Shown here piece by piece: positions 14,736 to 27,318 of a stretch of 64,000 nucleotides of DNA. A program made the translations under genes and the position numbers. The DNA is taken from assembly GCA_002633005.1 (NCBI GenBank), contig NMRA01000522.1, positions 136,270 through 200,269 of the forward strand, in the 5' to 3' direction. The stretch is from Phoronis australis. Its lineage: Eukaryota > Animalia > Phoronida. The stretch's first letter is position 1, and each line of letters opens with the position of its first letter. The notes under the pieces were generated by a model. That model did not search any database. It was not told the DNA's origin and saw only the letters and a program-made list of their open reading frames with translations.

Positions 14736-15730
14736 CGGCTGCCGTTTTGCCTACTCTTCGGATTTCCTTGACATATGTTCATCGCCAGTAATAATAAAAG
14801 GCGACTATGGTTACATGAGCGTCTGTATTTCGTCGAACAGCAACCGAATGTACACAAATAATGACAGAACGTCTCTTTAACTTTAAATGGACAATGTTAT
14901 GGAATCACACGTTGAAAAATATATAGTCTTTGCAATGCGTTTCGGCGAGTAAAATGCGACAAATATTGCGAGAGCGACTCGATATGTTTATATATTTTTC
15001 AACTGTGTGAAACATAGACTATCTATGGTGGAACTCAAAAAAATAACGCCACTGTCACAGACCGATAAAACGAACGACAGCGACATCTATAGAAAAGCTT
15101 ATAACTAACTAGCAATCCGTCGAATGACAAAGTCCGTCCGGGTTCCAGAACTATAACGGATAAAGTCAATAGTACTTAAGGTCTATAAATACGGAAGGGT
15201 ATAGTGACGAACTATAAGAACAAACATTAATTCAAAACATAGTCCTATAGACGTGCTAGGAGGCGACGGGGCCTCTTAGAGCGTCGAGGAGGGACATCAA
15301 CTGCTTCGGACGTGGCATCAAGTGGACAGGAGTTGATAGTCACATCCAGATCCTCGGACGATGTATGACCGACCGGGGCCAACTCAGAGGGAACTTCGGG
15401 AGCGGGAGGCTCACGTGGAAGTTGTGAGATGGGCTTCGGCCTTGAGGATTGTGGCGTAATAGGATCGTCATCACCAGCTGGTTCCAACCTGGAAGAGGAA
15501 GCCCCGGGAAAAAGTGAGCGGGACCATCTCGTGAGGGACTTTGTAGCACTCTGTATTCTTAACACGATAGGATGTTGAGCGAAGTTGGTTGCCAATGAAT
15601 TTCTGAATGTTGAGCCAAGAGCCGTCGCGACTAACCACGAGTTAGCAGGGACGGGGTCTTATCGCGATCACCATAGAAATAAACTAAATCCCCAGCTGTA
15701 GCGTTGCTCGTGGGTGGGAGTCGTAGGAGG

Positions 15731-17360
15731 AAATTTTTCTGTTTTTTCCTCTACAAATCAAGCATTTTCCTTGATTCCCGAAGAATTATCCAAGAAAAAA
15801 GGCAAAAAAAAACGAAGAAAGTGTCGACCAGGAAATACTGCAAGTACCGCGGACTCAAACTCACGACCTAGCGGAAAGAACGCGCATGCTTTATCACTGC
15901 ACCACCACGATTTCACTCCGAATTTGTTACTGAGACCTACTTATTCATGGTCCACAGCGTTACCGCCCGAAAACTCCTTCTTTTTGTAATGCTTATTACA
16001 TGTTTTATATTTTGTGCAATCAGCTCGTAACAAATTTGTTGTATTTAAAATAGTCTTCAATTGCCCAAAAGACCAAATCCGTTTTTTGTGTTGGCAATAA
16101 TGACGCGATTGCTTTGGAAATCGTCTTAAGTTAAGGTTTGACAAAGAGAGAATTATGAGTTTCTGAGTGATTCACTAAAGCTTCGATTAAATTGACATCT
16201 TACCAGCAGCTTCTGTTTTTTCAGCATCACTCAGATTCCAGTTTCTTTACAAAATGAAGTAATTTTCTTCATTGCACAGTGGAGCAGACGACGGAAACAC
16301 AGATATCACGGGGAGAGCCTATACTTAGCCATAGTTCCGTTACGATTGCGCCGTGTTCCGAATTTGACACTTGAAATTGGATCTGAGCTCCCCCAAACAT
16401 TAAAACTGCACACATTTAAATCTTCTTTCAGCCGTATAATTTTAATTACCTTGGTTAATTAATAAACTCAACATTTCCCTATGCTCTTGCTGTTTTATTT
16501 TTTGCGGCAGCCAAGGAGAGGGGGCGGGGCGGGCCCCCTGTCCCCCTAAATCCGCCTATGTGGTTCCTTTCACGTTTGAGTCGCTGTGCTTCGATCAGGT
16601 TGAGGTCGGTGACGGGTATTTGGTAGCAGGTTAATTGGTCAGCAGAAGGCATTAATGACTTTTATGATTTATTTGTTAAAAATCAGTACTGTCAACCTTC
16701 TTCAGAAATAAAATTGAATTTAAGCCTAAGCATGACCAATGAAAGTATGGATTGGGATTCCATAAATAGTGCTATTGGCAAGTATACTGATACAAAAATG
16801 AGGTGATTTGATTATAGAATTGTACATAACATTCTTCGAACAAAATGTTTTCTCAAAAATTGGTATTGTAAACTCAAATCTATGTTTGTTTTGCAGCGAA
16901 GTTCCAGAATCAATTGTACATTTGTTCTGGGAGTGTAGATATGTTAAAAGTTTGTGGAAGAAATTACTATTTTGACTCAAGCAGATTTTTTACAACAATA
17001 TCAATATTTCCGCAAAAGAGGTTTTGTTAGGTTTTTGCAATAGAAGTTTATTTGTATGTGATCTCATATTTTGCTTAACGAAAATGTTTATACATAGGGA
17101 GAAGTTTAAGGAAGCTGTACCTATTTTCGAAAACTTGCGAGTTTATATCATAGATTATTGTAAAATTGATTACCTGATTTGTAAACAAAATTTTGAGTTG
17201 GAACGACACATAACTAAGTGAAAAGATCTTGCATATTTGATTTAGAATCTCTACCTATCATACTTGGTATTTAGTGTTGCTATTTGTGACTAAGTGTGCA
17301 CACTTGCTATGTATATATGTCTTGTAAATATGTTTTTTTCTGCAAAAATCAAGAAAAAAA
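15731..17360. other. AT-rich insert replacing part of the Gypsy integrase C-terminal region
   Basis: Integrase reading breaks after RDQF (17361) and resumes near 15730. The insert has a MITE-like end at ~16520-16560; no TSD recognised. Confidence 0.5.
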
Positions 17361-17637
17361 AATTGGTCTCGTTGGAATAACATCTCTCGGGCAGGTAATC
17401 CTCTTGAACGTAGCCGACTGTTAATTCGGGCAACTGCGAGTGAAAGCTGCAAAGAAGTTACCTTGCCATGGACCAAGCGTTCACGTAGTAGCTCATTGGA
17501 ATGCTCTTCAATAGCCTTTTCAGCGACCGGATTGTGATTGATATTCTTAACACGGCCAAGTTCAATGGTAATCCTGTGTCGTTTAAGGAGATCATGGTCC
17601 TTCAAAGCACTGAAGCCGTGAGCCTGATCCGTACGGA

Positions 17638-18339
17638 TGTCACGTTTTCCCGTGTGTGGGTGGGCGCAGGTTGTTACAGACCGGTGCTAATAGCCTTCGG
17701 TGCGACGATAGACTGAAGACTGTTTCGAGTTAATACTTTATTAATCCCGACCGTACGTTCACAAGCCTACTCAAACAAAACGTCCGACGCAATGTCTGTT
17801 TATGCTCCAGCCAGTGCTGCGAAGCCTTGACTTGTGTTGAACTTCTGAGATACTTCCAGCAACTGTTACACTCTTAGGTTCAATAACCTGCTGTCTCTAT
17901 AGCTGGCTCTCTATTGACCATCGCTGTAACTGCTGATTCTCTTCACTGCAACTCAACTTTAGTTCTCCTGATTAAATTTCTTGAACTTACTTGATCCTCT
18001 CTTGATCTCCCGACTTGATTTTCTTGGACTCAGCTGACTAACACAAACCCGTGCTTGTGTATTTATAGCCTAATGCCTTGTTCTAGAACTCTTCATCAAT
18101 CCAAGCACATACCAGAACTTTCTGGAACCTACCCAATCATTCTACAAACATGTACTAGTCTCTAGAATATTCCAGACTGCATTAATCACTGTCATGCTAG
18201 AGTCTTCTAGAAAGTTCTACACTATTTTGTGGTAAACAAATTACATCATCACTGTACTTAACGCAGGGGTCATGCCAATCAAACAGAATAACAAAACAAA
18301 ACAATACAACTAAAAATACTGTCAGACCATATTCTGACA
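17638..18339 (-). mobile_element. Solo LTR (702 bp) inserted into the Gypsy integrase
   Basis: TGTCA..TGACA termini; perfect 5-bp TSD ACGGA (17633-17637, 18340-18344); minus-strand TATAAATA near 18060-18067 and AATAAA near 17737-17742. Removing it restores GPPAVIRTDQAHGFSALKD. Confidence 0.9.
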
Positions 18340-20338
18340 ACGGATAACTGCTGGAGGACCATTCAAAGGACAAAGTTCTAAGCACATTTGAAGAAGACAA
18401 TCTCGCAAGTCGTCACGGCGTTCACTCTCGACAATGCGTGCGACGGTGTAGGAGGACACACATTCCCGCAGCACGAGGATCAATTGGCGATTACGTTTCA
18501 TGGCATCTGCAGCGAAAGATAAACCGACGGTCGGGGGAGGGTCAGACGAATCTTGAGTGATCAACGTCTTGGGGAATGTCTGAAGGGTGCAACACTGGTG
18601 GCAATATTTGGAACATCTGTCAAACGCGGAGTCCAAGTCGAGGGCGTAGAAGTGACGTTGGGTAACTAGCCTCAGCGGAGGTGAAGAGCCATGAGTAGAC
18701 CGCCTAAGACAGAACGTGGAACAACTATGCATTCGCGAGTCGGAGTGAGGGGTGCATTTCTACGAACAACTAGTAAACCATCGCTAGCGACCTTGACAAT
18801 GTTTAGGTAACGCTTCACATCTCGAACATCAATCGGCTTCTTACTGGGACGCGTACCCTGAGTGAGATGAGCATGAGTACGGCGAAGGTTCGAGCACTCA
18901 GTTTGGATACTATGCCAAGCAGAACGGGAAGTGAACGGAAGCCTCGACACCCGATAAGATGTCGTCTGTGGATGAACGAAAGACCACACAATCTTCGGTA
19001 GATGCCACGAAGGAGCATACCTGGCATGCCATGTCTGAACACTCAACACTATGTTGGCTTGCGAAGTCTGATACGATGCTCGCGGCACCTGAAACATGAC
19101 GAACAGTAGCTTGGAACCGAGATACAGCTGACAAAAATGTAGACACTCGAGGACTCAAAGAAAATTCATCTCTACATAAGCGATCAAAGGCCTGTACACA
19201 TGGCTTACTGTCAGTGAGGACCGTAGCACGATGCTAGAACTGAATAAGGCATGGGCTGAAGTGCTTCAAGCCCACGGCAATTGCCAAAGCTTCAACCTCA
19301 CCGGGAAACCAAAGTACTTGGCGGAACTTAAGCTTAGCACTGAAGAGGAAGCAATCGTGGGTTTTCCTTCCCTCGTAACATATAGGGTGCCTGCAGTCCC
19401 TGGGTACTTGGCAGAGGCGTCTGTCACAATCCATAGGTTATCCTCAAGACGGGGGAGTGTGATGACCTTGTTAGACGAGAGTCTCTTTTGGGCGGCAGAA
19501 AATGCCCTGACTAACTCATCAGGCCATGTCCATGGATCCCTGGAATCGCGGCCTGAAATAGCATCATCCAGTGGAGACATATAGGCGGAGCATTGAGGGA
19601 TAACCCTAGACAGAACCTTGAAGGCACCAATGAATGAATGCATCTGACGCACGGTTGTAGGCTTGTTGCACGAAGCAAGTGCAGCGATGCGATGATTGCT
19701 AGCCTGAAGGTTGCCACCTTCCCATATCCAACCTAGGATAGTCGTGCGCTTGGGGGAAATGACTGTTGGCAAACCTGGATGAATCAAGCGTAACCAAGTG
19801 AGGACTGCTAAAATCTCTAAGGTGGGAGACATCTCCTCCTCGTCTGTGATAATGTAGAATGGTGTTGTCTGGGCCTAGCAAATTGTCTTCGATGAATGAC
19901 ATGATTCGTTGATATAGGTCTTCCGGGCGTTCGTCGGGTTGGAGGCGAATATCAGAAAAAGCAATGAAATGTCCTCTAGATGTCTGAAAGCCGTAGTGAA
20001 AGTTTGCCACATACCGGCAAGTGAGGTGGATTGTTTGACAATAGCACTACGGGCAATCACAGGAGAATAGCTGGCCAATTGGCCTAACATTAGGTTTAAG
20101 TGTGTTAACCTGACCAGCTGTGCGTCGCCGGGATTCAGGTACAGCGTCTGTATCGTCAACTAAACCCCTCAAGGGAACTCTGGCCTTTTGCCACGCATAA
20201 TCGGCTTGCAGAAAGTCCGCAAAATTCGGGTCGAGTGATAACACGTAAGTTATATTGTTCTTACAGTTATCAAAACTGGTGATAGTTTCACTTTTAGTCG
20301 AGCACCACTGCCTCAGTGCTCTGGCCATTGTTCCATTG

Positions 20339-20350
20339 CTACTGCCACCA
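20339..20350 (-). other. Putative primer-binding site (tRNA-Leu-like)
   Basis: TGGTGGCAGTAG directly upstream of the gag start, resembling the complement of a tRNA-Leu 3' end (TGGTGGCAGCGG). No canonical LTR CA end is visible next to it. Confidence 0.5.
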
Positions 20351-20754
20351 CGCCATACGACTAGGCTTACATGGCAAAAGGTACCCGCTCATCCAAAACC
20401 TTTACGGCTAACAGATGGCGCTTTTCATCAATCACGTGTCATTTTATCGCTCAAGACTGTCTGCCAGAGAATCTTAACCAAGAACCTTGACCTACATTCT
20501 GCTGCTGCTGACTGTAACCACAGGTCACGAGAGTTCATGAACCAGACAGTGTATGTCCTGATGAGTGGCGAATTTGTGTGGAAAAGAAATCTTTGTGTCC
20601 GACATTCCATGTTTAAAACCCCATTTGTAACAACTATTTATAACATATAATTAAGATGAAAGTGTTAATAATATACGCTGTTGTGGTTGCTCGGCCTAAA
20701 CGCTGGGGTAAAATATATATTCAATGAACGTGACCATGGTGAGGCTACTAAACC

Positions 20755-21163
20755 NNNNNNNNNNNNNNNNNNNNNNNNNNNNNNNNNNNNNNNNNNNNNN
20801 NNNNNNNNNNNNNNNNNNNNNNNNNNNNNNNNNNNNNNNNNNNNNNNNNNNNNNNNNNNNNNNNNNNNNNNNNNNNNNNNNNNNNNNNNNNNNNNNNNNN
20901 NNNNNNNNNNNNNNNNNNNNNNNNNNNNNNNNNNNNNNNNNNNNNNNNNNNNNNNNNNNNNNNNNNNNNNNNNNNNNNNNNNNNNNNNNNNNNNNNNNNN
21001 NNNNNNNNNNNNNNNNNNNNNNNNNNNNNNNNNNNNNNNNNNNNNNNNNNNNNNNNNNNNNNNNNNNNNNNNNNNNNNNNNNNNNNNNNNNNNNNNNNNN
21101 NNNNNNNNNNNNNNNNNNNNNNNNNNNNNNNNNNNNNNNNNNNNNNNNNNNNNNNNNNNNNNN
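20755..21163. other. Assembly gap (409 N)
   Basis: Run of N. Confidence 1.
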
Positions 21164-21165
21164 TG

Positions 21166-21897
21166 TGCCATATCAAATGGCCAGAGAACACAGGGCCTAT
21201 ACCCGGCCACAAGGCTTTCATATGGTATTCGTTTCTGCTCGCTTTTGTGATTCCCCTGGCACTCAGCTCCGTGTTTTACATCATGGTCGTCATCCGCCTG
21301 AAGAGGGTAGGGCCTGCCAACAGATCCAGAGAAAAGAAAAAGAGAACACGTAAGATCACCATAATGGTTTTGTCAGTGATTGCCGTTTACTTCTGTTGTT
21401 GGTTGCCCTACTGGGTATTTCAAGCATGGTTGGTACTCCCAGCCGACGCAATTGCTGACCGTCAGCCATTATATGTAATTGTCTTATTTAACGCACTCTC
21501 TATCCTGGCGTATTCCAACAGCATGTTAAACCCAATTCTGTATGCATTCATGAGTGAGAACTTTCGGAGAGCATTCACGAAAGCCTTTCGCTGCGCATGT
21601 AATGCCGACTGGGATCACTTTCGCACGGAAGTTTCATCAGCTCCTGGTGACCCAAATGACAACAGCTTATGTTCATTTGCCTCTTGCTTAAAGAATTCTT
21701 GTTGCCAACGTAAAATAGACCAGCCAAACGTAAGCGACACGTTAATTACGAGAATACCATTCACACGAAAGACCAACGGATTCTACACGAAAGAGTTGGA
21801 AGTAAAAAACAGCGGCCATTGCCTGGCGTCCACCGGAGTCAGAAAAACTAGTCGAAGTAATCTCAGCGATGGCGGCGTTTATGTTGGACCAGACTAG
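21166..21897 (+). CDS. AstC-R: Allatostatin-C/somatostatin receptor-like class A GPCR, 5'-partial (ECL2, TM5-TM7, helix 8, C-tail)
   Basis: Open frame from the gap edge: CHIKWP..AFIWYSFLLAFVIPL (TM5), RLKRVGPANRSREKKKRTRKITIMVL (ICL3 typical of AstC receptors), CWLPYW (TM6), LAYSNSMLNPILYAFMSENFRRAF (TM7/H8), Cys-rich tail, TAG ending 21897. No stops or frameshifts. Confidence 0.88.
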   Translation, partial: CHIKWPENTGPIPGHKAFIWYSFLLAFVIPLALSSVFYIMVVIRLKRVGPANRSREKKKRTRKITIMVLSVIAVYFCCWLPYWVFQAWLVLPADAIADRQPLYVIVLFNALSILAYSNSMLNPILYAFMSENFRRAFTKAFRCACNADWDHFRTEVSSAPGDPNDNSLCSFASCLKNSCCQRKIDQPNVSDTLITRIPFTRKTNGFYTKELEVKNSGHCLASTGVRKTSRSNLSDGGVYVGPD

Positions 21898-22984
21898 CCG
21901 CCACTGTCGTAATGATTAGTCCGTTCAACTGAAACTGTATTACATTGTCACTGCACACGGGAATAGGAAAGGCAATGAACTTTTGAAACCTATAATTGGA
22001 ATTTGTACGATGTCAAGGATTTACTATGAACTTCAGTGGATTGTTGATTACTTATCATGATTAGATAATGATGAAGATTTTCACGCCAGTATCCATTTAC
22101 TGTAGATTTATTTTTGAGACTTCTAATGCGCACTGTTTGTAAATATGTTCCCAAGCAGAGAATACAATTTGGTAAGTGATCCGAGATCTTGAGTTCCTCG
22201 TCATCTTTTACACAATTAATGTGATCAATTCTGTCATAGAATTCAATTATAATAGAAGTGGTTTTCCTAAGCTCAAAATGTGGGATGACCTCGGGTTGTA
22301 TGTACATAAATGGTTCCTTAACTCGGTTACGATCTTATTGAGCTATCTCATGTTCACACATGCGCATATAATGTTCTCTTCGAAGGGAAATTTAAAGCGT
22401 TCCTATGATGGAGTTTTGCATTTTTTTGTGGTTTTGGACCGTGTATAATAATTTTATAACACAAAATCAAACTAAACAAGCACGTACTTTGGTACTTTTT
22501 TAACCACTTTGGTGTCTCGAACTGTAAATCTAACCCAAGTTTTACCCTGATTGCCAAAGCTCAGTCACGAATAGCGGACACTGATTTCATTTTTTTGAAT
22601 GCCGAGAGCGTTTTTCAGGAACAATAATATATAATTATAGTGATGCTAACTGGATTTTATTTCTGGTCGTTCCTCTATTGTCTTTTCCAAAATTATGAAA
22701 CTTTTGTATCGTTGTGAGTGGTCGATAATTTCGGTCCAGTGTCCAACTCCAGCGTCATCGCAGGCTGCGGTCGTGACCTCAAACTATTGGGCATAACGTA
22801 TATGTGAATAGCATGCATTCCTACAAGATCTTGAACAAGAACACACTGATGGAAACTTACTGCAATCACATTCATTGTCACAGTCACAATTTGATGTTCA
22901 GGCTCATACTCAATATGTACAACTACGTTCCCAGCAATAGTACAACACAATACATTTTTTTCTCCATCAAATGCACTTACACGT

Positions 22985-23160
22985 TGGAGAAACCGTCATC
23001 AAATCTCTATTTTTGCGACGGATTGAAGCACGATTCTTCAAAATGGTTTGAGCACAGCGTGGCCCCTGATTGAGCGCTTGCTCCACCGTCTACTGCAATA
23101 CCCGTGTCCTACGCACAAAACTGTGCCATTTCTGGACGATCTCAGGGTCTTTTGCGTTTA
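22985..23160 (-). pseudogene. THAP-domain fragment of a further DNA transposon relic
   Basis: Minus strand reads KDPEIVQKWHSFVRRTR and GATLCSNHFEESCF. A possible Kolobok-type end TTAA|AGCGTTCC lies at 22392; no partner end found. Confidence 0.6.
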
Positions 23161-23318
23161 TTTCTTGATTAAAAGTACACAAACTGAAATATCATACCAA
23201 AGTTATTGATAACCGAATTCAAGCATCTATTACCATGGTGTGGAGGGTTTAAGGCTACGAAACCTGACACCTGGTCATACGGAATACTTCGGATACTTTC
23301 TAAACTAACCTCAAATTC

Positions 23319-23590
23319 CATCCGGAACACCTTTTGTATTTTCGTAGCCTCAAATTATCTCTCGGAGGTGTTTTGTATCTGCATGTGCGCGTGACTGTCA
23401 AAATGAAGAAATCCGTCGAATGTGCCAGGATTCCGATGTGATAACGAGCTTAAACAAAAGAATTAAAAGCATCAGCAGGCAGATTGTTGAAACTTGCTAG
23501 GTCTAAGGATTGCCGTTCGCACATGCTCTGTTATGAAACACCTCTGAGAGATAATATGAGGCTACGAAAATATCCGAAATGTTCCGGATG
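23319..23590. mobile_element. MITE with ~55-bp TIRs and 9-10 bp TSD (Mutator-like)
   Basis: CATCCGGAACA..TTTTCGTAGCCTCAAATTATCTCTCGGAGGTGTTT is inverted at ~23536-23590; flanks CCTCAAATTC / CCTCAAATTA. Confidence 0.8.
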
Positions 23591-24285
23591 CCTCAAATTA
23601 ACCCGGTATTTGTGTGCCTGATGCCATCAGAAGTGTTTCATATCTGTGCAGTGTGCGAACTTAAATATTAACTCTCAAAACAGAGAAGGTCGTCGAATGA
23701 GCAGGGATACCTCCGTGACAATAGAGCAATAGACTTGACAAGAGATACACTGAGTAGGTACATCTGGGACATTTGGGTATGTACCAAAACACAAGGATGA
23801 AATGTGCGCTTCAACACAAAATGCCTCGACAGCAATTTTTGTCGAACGGGTGACGTAAGAATCAAAAGCACATGAGGCAAATTTTTGAAATTGCGGGTGC
23901 CGCAAAAACTCATGAGGCGTCCCGTTTTATCTTTTTAGTCGAATAAATAGGGCTATGACACCTTGGAAATTACAATAGTATATGACAATATGTCAATTTC
24001 GTCGACCAAAAAGCGAGACATTTTGATGGTGCTGTGGGATTTCGGGAAAATTTCAAAAAGTGGGACTGGCTGCCAAGAGTGGGATACTTGGCAAGTGCAG
24101 TGTGCTCTGTCAGTAACACATTTATTTAAGTAGATTCTTTTACAAGGTAAACTTTTTATTTTTAAATTCTATTTCACGGGTATGGGTAAACACAGTGCTC
24201 CGAAATCAATTTAACAAAAAGTTTGTGGGTAAACGTTGGAGACAGGAATTATTATAGAAACAATTGAAAGCTGCAATAAAACATA

Positions 24286-24326
24286 GACACACACGCACAC
24301 GCACGCACGCACACGCACACGCACAC
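24286..24326. repeat. (CA)/(CGCA) compound microsatellite
   Basis: Direct reading. Confidence 0.9.
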
Positions 24327-24553
24327 TCGTTAACTGGAGCTGAAAAGATATCTGAGGCCAGGCTATTCCCAGCATCAAAGCCAGGACCACAGAGCGGTGC
24401 GTATAAAGAATGACCAGTGTAATTATCAGTTTTGTTGACATATTTTACTGAGAAATCGCTGGTTGCCTGGAACCGTACTTCAAGATTCTCGATGAACAGA
24501 AATGACAAAATTAAAATGAAGCAATAAAATTAGGGTTAATTCGCTAACTACAG

Positions 24554-24802
24554 CACTCTATCAAAACTCACTCGAGCAGATAACTGAAAATTCCGTGTGC
24601 AAATTCTCGCGTGAAATCTCGTGGTCGCAAGCTCTAACAATAGAATATTTAGGTCGCGTGCGGGAGTCACGGTTGGGATTGCAGGACTACAGTTCAATGC
24701 TATAATGTACCACAAATTTTCAACTGCATTTCTGACGGGCACAACCCAGAGTATAGTTTTCGCTGACCCCCTTGTAAGGTCCCCCGGGGGTCAGACGGAG
24801 TG
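24554..24802. mobile_element. CACTA/EnSpm-like MITE
   Basis: CACTCTATC ... GACGGAGTG termini with CAG on both flanks (3-bp TSD); subterminal hairpin CTGACCCCC..GGGGGTCAG. Confidence 0.55.
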
Positions 24803-24940
24803 CAGACAATAACAGACATCCATTTTTGCCCATACTGAGAGTGAATTCTCCAAGTGCTCCGATGTTGGTATCATGTTCATTTACGCTAAGTGCTCAGAGG
24901 CCCGTTCCAAGAAACTGACTAAAATTCATTTTTGATTTAA

Positions 24941-27318
24941 AGTCTTTCTCTCAAACTGCCCATGTGGTTCCAGTATCCGAAAATACTTACTACATAAAAT
25001 CATATTTTCGACACCCTTTCTTTATATTCTTTTCGCCTTTCTTGCCAAAAGCGATTTTTAACAGTATTTGACCCTTCTCTGTTAGCGTATAATTACCGGC
25101 TGTCATCGGTTATTTCCGTACCAAAATTCCGGCTCAGTTCAGGAACTTGTCCTGATTGCCGCCATTTTTTCCTTGTAACTGAATGTGCTATGGCTTCCTC
25201 GAAAAGTCTTCATTATTTTGTTTTACTAGTAATATCTCGTGATTCATTTGCATATGTAGTGTATTTATAGCTTGTAGTTAGTGGTCGTTGAATTTTTTTG
25301 GAATGTTACGTGTACTTAGTATGTTAAAATAGCATTGGTGTTTAGTTCCTTACGTAGGCCGGTCGAACCTAGGAACCAGTATGGGTCGAACCAATTTCTT
25401 TTCGGTTTTATTTTTTTCTCGTTTTGAAAAAGTACTTTGCTATCATCGGAAAGGTAGTACATTCTACTCAGTAAAAATCGAAAAAGTATCAAAATCGGGG
25501 CAAGCAGTGTAAAGTTATTGCAAGTTTTGTGGCGAAATTTGGGTCACTTTGTTTGGCTCGCGTCGGCCATATTGGAGGACAGCGGGATAAGTTACAACTT
25601 TAAAACTTTGTGTAAATTGTTTTCGCCAGCAAATTACGGTGAAATTCAGTTAGACATATCTTTACTTACTATTCTGCACGATTTAACAGTGTTCACCAAA
25701 TTTCAGCCTCGCAGTTGTTACTCNAATTTTCGTGTTTTTTGTGCAAAAATATAAGATATTTTCGAATTTCCCATTCAGGTGATCATACACTAAGCTAAAA
25801 AATAGCTGAAATAATTTTGAAATGTTTTTTGTTTGACTGTCAACTGCTGTTCTAGACTTGTTTCGGTGTCACAAAATGATACATATTTTTCTAAATTTTA
25901 AGTCTCAATTGCTTTCAAGTCATGTTTTGTAACTTATTGCTTCTTAATTCAGGTTATCAAGTCAACAACATGAATAATCTTAAATTGAGAAATAAGTTAT
26001 ATGGTATTGTGAAGTATCAAGACTCTAAATCTTGTTCCTTGCAACTTCATATTTTTTTAAATGATGCTTGTCAAATTCTGGTGTAAAAAACACTATTCCG
26101 TCACCATGGTAATAGTTACATGTATGTCCACTTTCATATCATGGAAACTGTTGCTGTTGAATAGTGTTTGTAATGCTAAATGTTGTAAAGTATTGTGCAT
26201 TTTAAGTTACGTATTATGTTAAAAGTTTGAATCATTTTGGGTTAATGAATAAAAAATGATAAACATGTTGTATTAGACTTGTCATACTTATGTGCTCGAA
26301 CGAGCCCCTTTTTGGAGAACTGGAAAAAGGCCTGCCTCAGTCACAGAAGGACGAATTCCGAAAAAAGTAGAAAATGAGACAATATTCCACTAGAAGACAG
26401 GAAGTACCAAAATTTAGAGTCTGCAATTCATAGCTCTGAACATACCCACTGAATCTTATAGTAAAAGATAGACATTCCCAAAAATTCCAGCCCCCCCCCC
26501 CATTCTTTTAGGCTTTGGTGCGCTCATACAAAGTCTGGGAAAATCTCTATTTAAAGCCAACAACTTTGCACAGTTCGCCAGAAGTACCCAAGTTCTAAAT
26601 AAACCTCGTTTGAGCGAGGGCTGTGGCCAGCGACCAGTTAGGCCTAAGGGTAGCCTTGGTGCAAAGCTGTATAGGCCTACTAACAAGCTGTATTTTGACG
26701 ATAGTCTTCACTGGTAGCTGGTGACTCAGGCTAACTAAGGTCTGCCGCGGCAGTGTGACACAGGACTAACCAGCCCGTAATTTCATGCAAGTGTATGAAA
26801 CTATCCTTGAATATATGCAGCATTTATGATTTGACCATTTTACTTCGACAAAACAGCTTGCAACCGCATACATTTACCGTTCGCCAGTGTCTGGTCTCGA
26901 TCCGCACCGGGTCCGATAGGCTGCGGTCCCGAGTCTGGCAAAATAATTTATGTCAAAATGTATTCGCCACGTTTCTTCAGCATGAAATTCGATAAAATCG
27001 TCCGTAATTTGATTTTATCAAAATTAAGGCGCGCTGTCGATTATTTTATCCCCGTTTGCTGGCTGGTAACGGTACAGGCACTGCTCCAGTCGCACTGACA
27101 GCGTTCTCTCGGCCTGGGTTCCTGAATGAATTGCACTTCCGGGTTCGCGGCAAGTTCAAAATGGCAGTGGTTCTTCTGGTGCGAATCGTGAGTGGCACGT
27201 TCATTTAAATTTTTTTTCGAGTACGGATCTTGTATTAATTATGGGGTAAGTACTTCTTGGATCCTTATAACATCCTCTAACCATGTAATAAGGGTTAACA
27301 ACGCGTGAGAGAAGGACT
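24941..27318. mobile_element. Kolobok-like non-autonomous element (second family)
   Basis: TTAA|AGTCTTTCTCTCA ... TGAGAGAAGGACT|TTAA (12/13 TIR match); the empty site is seen in the paralogous MITE near 46250. Confidence 0.8.
25355..26646. mobile_element. Nested non-autonomous DNA element (Academ-like, tentative)
   Basis: TAGGCCGGTCG start and CGACCAGTTAGGCCTA end, with weakly inverted subterminal blocks; TSD not resolved. Confidence 0.3.

Larger units (their letters stand above)
15225..20350 (-). mobile_element. Ty3/Gypsy LTR retrotransposon relic (gag, RT end, RNase H, integrase), internally deleted and twice interrupted
   Basis: gag MARALRQW..ETITSF..LSLDPNFADFL; RT end [17 protein letters not shown]; RNase H LWIVTDAS, EVEALAIAVGLKHF; integrase RHFYALDL..CHQC, FAADAM, IRTDQAHGF, NPVAEKAIEE; C-terminus GDLVYF..RRSKRPRR..DYVL. 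Many frameshifts. Confidence 0.92.

Noticed and set aside
20558-20590. CTGATGA..GAA as a hammerhead upstream of the receptor
   Set aside because: No stem II and no properly placed GAAA.
20665-21353. Long ORFs spanning the N run
   Set aside because: Artefacts of translating N; only the frame of 21166-21897 is supported.
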